Assembly (NCBI GenBank): GCA_023404805.1
Contig: JAEYAL010000156.1
Span: 6,298 to 70,297 of the forward strand
Length of the DNA stretch: 64,000 nucleotides
Reading direction: 5' to 3'
Origin: Actinomycetes bacterium
GTDB lineage: Bacteria > Actinomycetota > Thermoleophilia > Solirubrobacterales > Solirubrobacteraceae
Shown here: positions 59,127 to 64,000 of the stretch, one piece after another
Numbering within the stretch: the stretch's first letter is position 1
Layout: every line of letters starts with the position of its first letter
Translations under genes and position numbers: made by a program
Notes under the pieces: model-generated
What the model was told of the DNA's origin: nothing
Databases searched by the model: none
What the model saw: the letters and a program-made list of their open reading frames with translations, nothing else

Positions 59127-59804
59127 GTGCGTTGGGAGCTGCTGCAGGGTGTGCCGGAGGCGGAGGTCCGCGAGCTGCTCGCGATTGCGCGGCGCCGGCG
59201 GTTCTCGCGCGGTGAGGTCGTGTTCCACCAGGACGACCCCGCCGACACGCTCCACCTCGTCGACAAGGGCCGCTTCGCGGTGCGCGGGATCGGCCAGCTC
59301 GGCGACGCCGTGATGCTCACCGTGCTCACGCCCGGCGACATGTTCGGTGAACTCGCGCTCGTCGACGGCCCGGACGCGCGCCGCAGCGCCACCGTCAGCG
59401 CGCTCGAGGGCGGGGAGACCCTCTCGATCCACCGCCTCGACTTCGAGCGCCTGCGCCGCCAGCGGCCCGACACCTCGCAGGTCGTAATCGCCGTGCTCGC
59501 CGAGCAGGTGCGCCGCCTGTCGAAGCTCGTGGCCGAGGCGCACTACGTCTCAGCCGAGAAGCGCGTGCGCCGGCGCCTGCTCGAGGTGTCCGGCGGCTAC
59601 ACGCCGCCCGAGCGCGGCGAAGTCGAAGACACCGAGCCGCGCCTCGTCCCGCTCACGCAGGACGACCTCGCCGACCTTGCCGGCACGAGCCGCGCGACGG
59701 TCAACCGCGTCCTGCGGATGGAGCAGGAGAAGGGCGCCGTCAAGCTCGGCCGAGGCCGCACCGAGGTGCTCGACCCGGCCGCGCTCTCACGCCGCTCGCG
59801 CTGA
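59127..59804 (+). CDS. Crp/Fnr-family cyclic-nucleotide-binding transcriptional regulator
   Basis: The start is a GTG. The cNMP-binding fold is marked by GEVVFHQDDPADTLHLVDKGRF and GDMFGELALVD...RRSATV. The C-terminal helix-turn-helix is LTQDDLADLAGTSRATVNRVLR. Confidence 0.85.
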   Translation: MRWELLQGVPEAEVRELLAIARRRRFSRGEVVFHQDDPADTLHLVDKGRFAVRGIGQLGDAVMLTVLTPGDMFGELALVDGPDARRSATVSALEGGETLSIHRLDFERLRRQRPDTSQVVIAVLAEQVRRLSKLVAEAHYVSAEKRVRRRLLEVSGGYTPPERGEVEDTEPRLVPLTQDDLADLAGTSRATVNRVLRMEQEKGAVKLGRGRTEVLDPAALSRRSR

Positions 59805-59870
59805 CGGCGGGTACGCGCGGAGCGCGCCGCCAGCGACGATCTGCGCTGACGGCCGAACGCGCTCGACCCG

Positions 59871-61619
59871 TTACTTCCCGGACTTCTTCAGCCGCGAGAT
59901 GTAGCGCTCGCCGGCCGGCACGAAGACCGACTTCTTCTTGACGTTGTCGAAGACTTCGACGAGGCCCTCGCGTACGGTGACGCGCGTGTTGGTGCAGTAG
60001 TCCTGGATGGTCCACTGGGTGCCGCGGACGACGGCGTCGGCGTAGCGGCCGGACGTGCGGTGCCCGCCGTCCGACTGCACGAAGATCTTCCGAGTCCGGC
60101 GCTTGCGCTTGACCTTCTTCTTCTTCTTGGCGGCGGCAGCTGAGGCGACCGGGCTGCCGCGCTTCCTGGCGAGCTTCGCCTTCCCGGCGACCTTGCTCGC
60201 AGCGGAGCCGGAGCCGGGGCCGCCTTCGAAGGCGCGGCACCCGTTCATGGGCGCCGTCAGGCGGAAGTTGGTCTCGATCGGGCCTTGCGGCTGTTCGATG
60301 GCGAACTGGCCGCTGGTCACGTGGGCCGTGCGAGCGGTCCCGTCGGGACGGCCCGTTTCGATCATGACCTGGCCCTTCTCGGTGTCGACGCGGCTGCTGA
60401 GCTGCACGAGATCGGGCTCGCGGATTGCCTGCCCGGCCGGCTTGCCGGCGATAAACGCACGGCTGAAACCGGTGTCCGGCGAGAGCCGCAGCGAGCGACC
60501 CGGCACCGGGCCGGGGAGGACGCCGTCGGACGCGATGCCGCGGATGCGGCTGTTGCCGGTGTCGGCGACGACGAACCCGCCCGAGGCGTTCGGCACGATC
60601 GCGCGTGGCGCGTTGAATCGTCCGGCCGAGGCCGGGCCGTTGTCGCCGGCCAGCCCCTTGGAGCCGCCAGCGATGGTGAAGATCGTGCCGAGCGGCGTGA
60701 CGCGGCGCAGGCGGTCGTTGCCGGTGTCGGCGATGACGAACCCGCCGAGCCGCAGCGGTGCCACGCCGGTCGGGGCGTTCAGAGCGGCGTCGGTGGCCGG
60801 GGCGGAATCGCCCGCGAAGGCCGAGGCAGAGCTGCCAGCCACGGTGGTGATCACGCCCTGCGGGTCGACGCGGCGGATGCGGTTGTTCCCGGTGTCGGCG
60901 ATCAACAGGCCGCCATCGGCGGCGACCGCCACGCCCTGAGGACCGTTGAGCGAAGCACTGCGGGCCTGGCCGCCGTCGCCGGAGAACCCGGACTGCGCGC
61001 TGCCCGCGACGGTCGAGATGATGCCGTTGGTCCCGATCCGGCGGATGCGGTCGTTACCGGTGTCGGCGATGTAGATCGCGCCGTCGGGGCCGACGGCCAT
61101 GCCGGTCGGGGCGTTCATGCGGGCCGAGGTGGCGGCGCCGCCGTCGCCAGAGAAACCGCTGGTGTTGCGCGTGCCGCCGATCACGGTCACGGCGCCGTTG
61201 GGGGCGATCCGGCCGACGAAGTGGCCGGTGGTGTCGACCACGAGCGGCTGCCCCGCCAGGTCGTAGCCCACGCCGCCAGGGATACCCGAGAGGCCAGGCG
61301 GCGGCACCGCGACGGTGGGCGGCGGCGGGACGACGGCGATCGTCGTGATCACGCCGTTCGTCGCGACCTGCCGCACGCGCTGGTTGAGCGAGTCGGCGAT
61401 CAGGATCCGGCCGTCGGCGGCGCGGGCCACGCCGCGGGCTCCGTTGATCTGCGCCTGCGCGGCCGGGCCGCCATCGCCGGCGTTGCCAGCCGTCGTGCCG
61501 GCGAGCGTGGTGATGGGGCCGTCAGCCGCCGTGGCAGCGGACGGTGCGGCCGCTACAGCGGCGAGCACGCCGAGGAGCAGAGCGCCGGTGGTGCGCGATC
61601 GAGCGGTACGGATGGGCAT
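59871..61619 (-). CDS. secreted NHL-repeat beta-propeller protein with a poly-Lys linker and a FecR-like C-terminal domain
   Basis: A signal peptide is present. About 6 repeats of the type GDGGPA..A.LN.P.GVA...G..IADTGN.RIRRV...G.I.T.AG follow. Next comes AAAKKKKKVKRKRRTRK. The C-terminus is AVVRGTQWTI...VTVREGLVEVFD...VFVPAGE (FecR-like). Confidence 0.75.
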   Translation of the reverse strand: MPIRTARSRTTGALLLGVLAAVAAAPSAATAADGPITTLAGTTAGNAGDGGPAAQAQINGARGVARAADGRILIADSLNQRVRQVATNGVITTIAVVPPPPTVAVPPPGLSGIPGGVGYDLAGQPLVVDTTGHFVGRIAPNGAVTVIGGTRNTSGFSGDGGAATSARMNAPTGMAVGPDGAIYIADTGNDRIRRIGTNGIISTVAGSAQSGFSGDGGQARSASLNGPQGVAVAADGGLLIADTGNNRIRRVDPQGVITTVAGSSASAFAGDSAPATDAALNAPTGVAPLRLGGFVIADTGNDRLRRVTPLGTIFTIAGGSKGLAGDNGPASAGRFNAPRAIVPNASGGFVVADTGNSRIRGIASDGVLPGPVPGRSLRLSPDTGFSRAFIAGKPAGQAIREPDLVQLSSRVDTEKGQVMIETGRPDGTARTAHVTSGQFAIEQPQGPIETNFRLTAPMNGCRAFEGGPGSGSAASKVAGKAKLARKRGSPVASAAAAKKKKKVKRKRRTRKIFVQSDGGHRTSGRYADAVVRGTQWTIQDYCTNTRVTVREGLVEVFDNVKKKSVFVPAGERYISRLKKSGK

Positions 61620-61724
61620 GGCTGCAACCTAGACACGCCCTCGGCTGAGAAGTATCGCCTGGGCGACACTTGTTCTGTCACCGGGGTGACAGAACCCGCC
61701 GGGTCTCGCCCATACACTCGGCCA

Positions 61725-63677
61725 ATGCTGGGGGCTTCGCGCCAAAAGACGCCTGGATCGACACCCGGCGGCATGCTCTGGATCGTCGTTATGGCAGCGA
61801 CGGCCGGTGCCCTCGCGGCGTTCTTCCTCGGAGCACTGCATGGCCTGAGCAATGAGGCTCACGACAGACTGGTCAAGGCACGCAACGGCGACAAACCGGC
61901 GCCGCAGTCAGTGGTCCTAATCGACGTCGACGCGGCAACGGTCGCGGCCGAGAACTCGAACCGCCTGCCATTGAACAGAAGCGTGTACGCGCACGCGATC
62001 GACCGGCTGACCGAGCTCGAGCCCCGAGCGATCGTGCTGGACGTCCAGTTCACCGAAGCATCGGATGACCCGGAGGCCGACGAGGCGCTGCTCGTGGCGA
62101 TCGAGGATACGCCGGTGCCGGTCATCCTCGGGACCGGTCAGGTTCTGAGCAACGGGGACACCTCGGTGTTCGGTGGCCGGCAGAACCTTGAACCGGCTGG
62201 CGCGGTCGCCGCTCACACCAGCTTCCCGCTCGACGATGACGGCCACATCCGGCGCATGGACCCCTACATCGCGGGCATACCGACCATCGCCAATGCGGCG
62301 GCGCAGGCTGTCGGGGGCGCCGGTGTCCCGCACGACGGCACCTTGATCGACCCAGCGGTACCGGGGTCACGGTTGGACCGCATTTCGCTCAGCCAGTTCG
62401 CGGGCGACCGGCCGGTCGACCGAGCGAAGGTCAACGGGCGGATCGCGGTGTTCGGGGTCACTGTCACAAGCGAAAGCGGCGATGACCGGGTCGCGCTTGC
62501 CGGGTCCAGCGAACGCGTTTTCGGCGTCGAGGCCCAGGCCCAGGCCATTGACACGGCGCTGCGCGGCGAGCCGCTGCGTGACGCCACCAAGGTGCTGCCA
62601 TTCGTTCTGGCGCTACTGGTCGGGCTGATCGCCGCGCTCGGGGCCCGGCGCTCGCTGTGGCTGCAGCTCGGAGTCGCTGTGCTTTCGCTGCTGGCCCTCG
62701 TCGGCATCTCGATCGCGCTCGTCAAATCCGGTTGGCTCACCGACCCCGTCCCGGCCCTCGTCGCGCTGATCGTCGCCTCGCTAGGCGCGATGGCCGTCCG
62801 CGCCGAGGGCGAGCGCCGGCGCCGCGCCGCGGCGCGCGCGACCTTGGGCCGGTTTGTGCCGCCAGGCGTCGTCGACGACCTGCTCGACAGCGACCGCGAC
62901 GGCCTGATCGCGCCGCGCGGCCAGCAGGCGAGCGTGCTGTTCTGCGATCTGCGGGGCTACACGTCGCTCGTGGCGAGCCTGCGCGACCCGCAGGCGCTGA
63001 TCACGATCCTCGATACCTATCTGAGCGCCGTCACCGAGGTCGTGCAGCGCCACGGCGGCACCGTCGTGTCGTTCCAGGGCGACGGCGTGATGTCGGCGTT
63101 CGGCACGCCCGTCCCGACCGACGAGGCGCCCGCGCAGGCGATCGCGGTCGCCCGCGAGCTGCAGGAGCAGGCGCTGCCGTGGATCCGCGAGGAGCTGGCT
63201 TCCGTCGTCGAGGGCGCGGACGAGCTGCGGCTCGGCGTCGGCGTCGCGACCGGCCAGGTCTTCGCGGGCACGGTCGGGCCGCCGGAGCGCCGTGAGTACG
63301 CCGTCGTCGGGCCGACAACCAACCTGTCCGCCCGGCTGCAGGCGCTGACCAAGACCGAAGGCGTCGATGTGGTGCTCGACGGCGCCACCGCGGAGGGCGT
63401 CGGAGCGGCGTCTGGCCCGCGCGCGCACACGGGGATCGCGCTGGGCGACCACGGCGGCCTGCGGCTCCTCGGACCGCGCGAGATCCGCGGCCTCTCAGCG
63501 CCCGTCGACGTGTGGACGCTTGCCCGCGCCACGGACGCGGCCGCCCGTTCCGCTCACGAATCGGGAGGCGCGTCGGCGGCCTCCGGTACCCAGCGCATCG
63601 CGCCGTCCGCTGCGCGGCAGAGCGCGACCGCGCTGCCTGCCGCCGAGCAGGAGCCGCGCGCGCCCGCAGACGCGTAG
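61725..63677 (+). CDS. CHASE2 sensor domain / class III adenylate (guanylate) cyclase
   Basis: The internal ATG is at 61725, with an alternative at 61773. An N-terminal TM helix precedes an extracytoplasmic CHASE2-like region ([11 protein letters not shown]...AIVLDVQF). Three TM helices follow. The cyclase motifs are [23 protein letters not shown] and [15 protein letters not shown]. Confidence 0.85.
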   Translation: MLGASRQKTPGSTPGGMLWIVVMAATAGALAAFFLGALHGLSNEAHDRLVKARNGDKPAPQSVVLIDVDAATVAAENSNRLPLNRSVYAHAIDRLTELEPRAIVLDVQFTEASDDPEADEALLVAIEDTPVPVILGTGQVLSNGDTSVFGGRQNLEPAGAVAAHTSFPLDDDGHIRRMDPYIAGIPTIANAAAQAVGGAGVPHDGTLIDPAVPGSRLDRISLSQFAGDRPVDRAKVNGRIAVFGVTVTSESGDDRVALAGSSERVFGVEAQAQAIDTALRGEPLRDATKVLPFVLALLVGLIAALGARRSLWLQLGVAVLSLLALVGISIALVKSGWLTDPVPALVALIVASLGAMAVRAEGERRRRAAARATLGRFVPPGVVDDLLDSDRDGLIAPRGQQASVLFCDLRGYTSLVASLRDPQALITILDTYLSAVTEVVQRHGGTVVSFQGDGVMSAFGTPVPTDEAPAQAIAVARELQEQALPWIREELASVVEGADELRLGVGVATGQVFAGTVGPPERREYAVVGPTTNLSARLQALTKTEGVDVVLDGATAEGVGAASGPRAHTGIALGDHGGLRLLGPREIRGLSAPVDVWTLARATDAAARSAHESGGASAASGTQRIAPSAARQSATALPAAEQEPRAPADA

Positions 63678-63687
63678 GCTCCGCCAG

Positions 63688-64000
63688 GTGGCACAGGGAC
63701 TGAGCACGCCTCGCGGAACCGCGGACGTGCTGCCGGACGAGGCAGCGCGGCGCGACGGACTCCTGGACCAGGCACGGCATCTGCTCGAGTCGGCCGGCTA
63801 CCGCCACATCGAGACGCCGATCTTCGAGAGCACCGACCTCTTCAAGCGGGGCGTCGGCGGGTCGACCGACGTGGTCCGCAAGGAGATGTACACCTTTGAG
63901 GACGCCGGCGAGCGGTCGTTGACGCTGCGTCCGGAAGGCACCGCGTCCGTGGCCCGCAGCTACATCCAGCACGGGATGCACAAGCTCCCGCAGCCCGTGA
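63688..64000 (+). CDS. hisS: histidine--tRNA ligase, N-terminal fragment (3' end outside the window)
   Basis: The GTG at 63688 gives [23 protein letters not shown]...[50 protein letters not shown] (class II motif 1/2 region). The ORF runs off the window end, so it is not in the ORF track. Confidence 0.9.
   Translation, partial: MAQGLSTPRGTADVLPDEAARRDGLLDQARHLLESAGYRHIETPIFESTDLFKRGVGGSTDVVRKEMYTFEDAGERSLTLRPEGTASVARSYIQHGMHKLPQPV

Noticed and set aside
60285-63677. 1130-aa ORF on the plus strand. The same applies to 22360..24876, 22999..24987, 25502..26467, 25542..27446, 30742..33117, 44692..47133 and 47498..49642 taken as full-length proteins.
   Set aside because: The N-terminal portions overlap convincing genes on the other strand or are Arg/Pro-rich. 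Internal starts with SD-like sequences, start/stop overlaps or signal peptides give proteins of the normal size for their families.
1-64000. Hallmarks of known anti-phage defence systems. I looked for restriction-modification, Cas, TIR, reverse transcriptase, STAND NTPases, toxin-antitoxin pairs and helicase-nuclease pairs.
   Set aside because: I recognised no such domain in any credible reading frame. The unusual content of this window looks metabolic and signalling-related rather than defence-related.

Overview
The window is a very GC-rich (roughly 70% or more by eye), densely coding, actinobacterium-like chromosomal segment. I call about 65 protein genes and 2 tRNAs. I saw no rRNA, CRISPR array, transposase, integrase or recognisable defence-system hallmark. 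All family assignments come from motif recognition by eye, with no BLAST or HMM run. Start codons were refined from the ORF track using start/stop overlaps and Shine-Dalgarno-like sequences. Many long ORFs in the track are antisense or off-frame shadows typical of high-GC DNA and are not reported as genes.

Layout, left to right:
- tsaE(partial)-tsaB-rimI-tsaD, a glutaredoxin-like gene, rex, a YbdK-type ligase and DUF1844.
- A secreted ORFan with atypical codon usage.
- Two tandem APC-permease/USP fusions, a trkA pair and an FAD reductase.
- tRNA-Gln, a secreted 10-residue-repeat protein, a phosphodiesterase and a heterodimeric ABC exporter.
- A tiny LPXTG protein, rnhA, an esterase, an enoyl-CoA hydratase, a GNAT, cytochrome c, DUF2252, an aminotransferase and csp.
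- A P450-TetR operon and an FN3 surface protein.
- The most interesting locus (33248-40789): an eight-gene, translationally coupled operon with a divergently transcribed PLP C-S lyase. The operon encodes a stand-alone adenylation enzyme, a carrier protein, a solitary EctC-type cupin, an ACAD-fold flavoenzyme, a transglutaminase-like protein, a DsbA-like protein, a CDA-fold deaminase and a cysteine-free Asp/Glu-racemase-fold protein. It matches no pathway I know.
- Immediately downstream: an ORFan, then a PuuR-like-regulated uptake/catabolic operon. That operon has a peptide-type ABC importer, an M24 creatinase/DoeA-like hydrolase, a fusion of an ADP-forming acyl-CoA synthetase alpha subunit with rhodanese, and DUF1989.
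- Right end: a marR plus paired-SMR operon, tRNA-Met, gatB/yqeY, an aminopeptidase-formiminotransferase pair, an MBL hydrolase and a second 10-residue-repeat secreted protein.
- A cAMP module (Crp-family regulator, NHL/FecR protein, CHASE2 adenylate cyclase) and the start of hisS.
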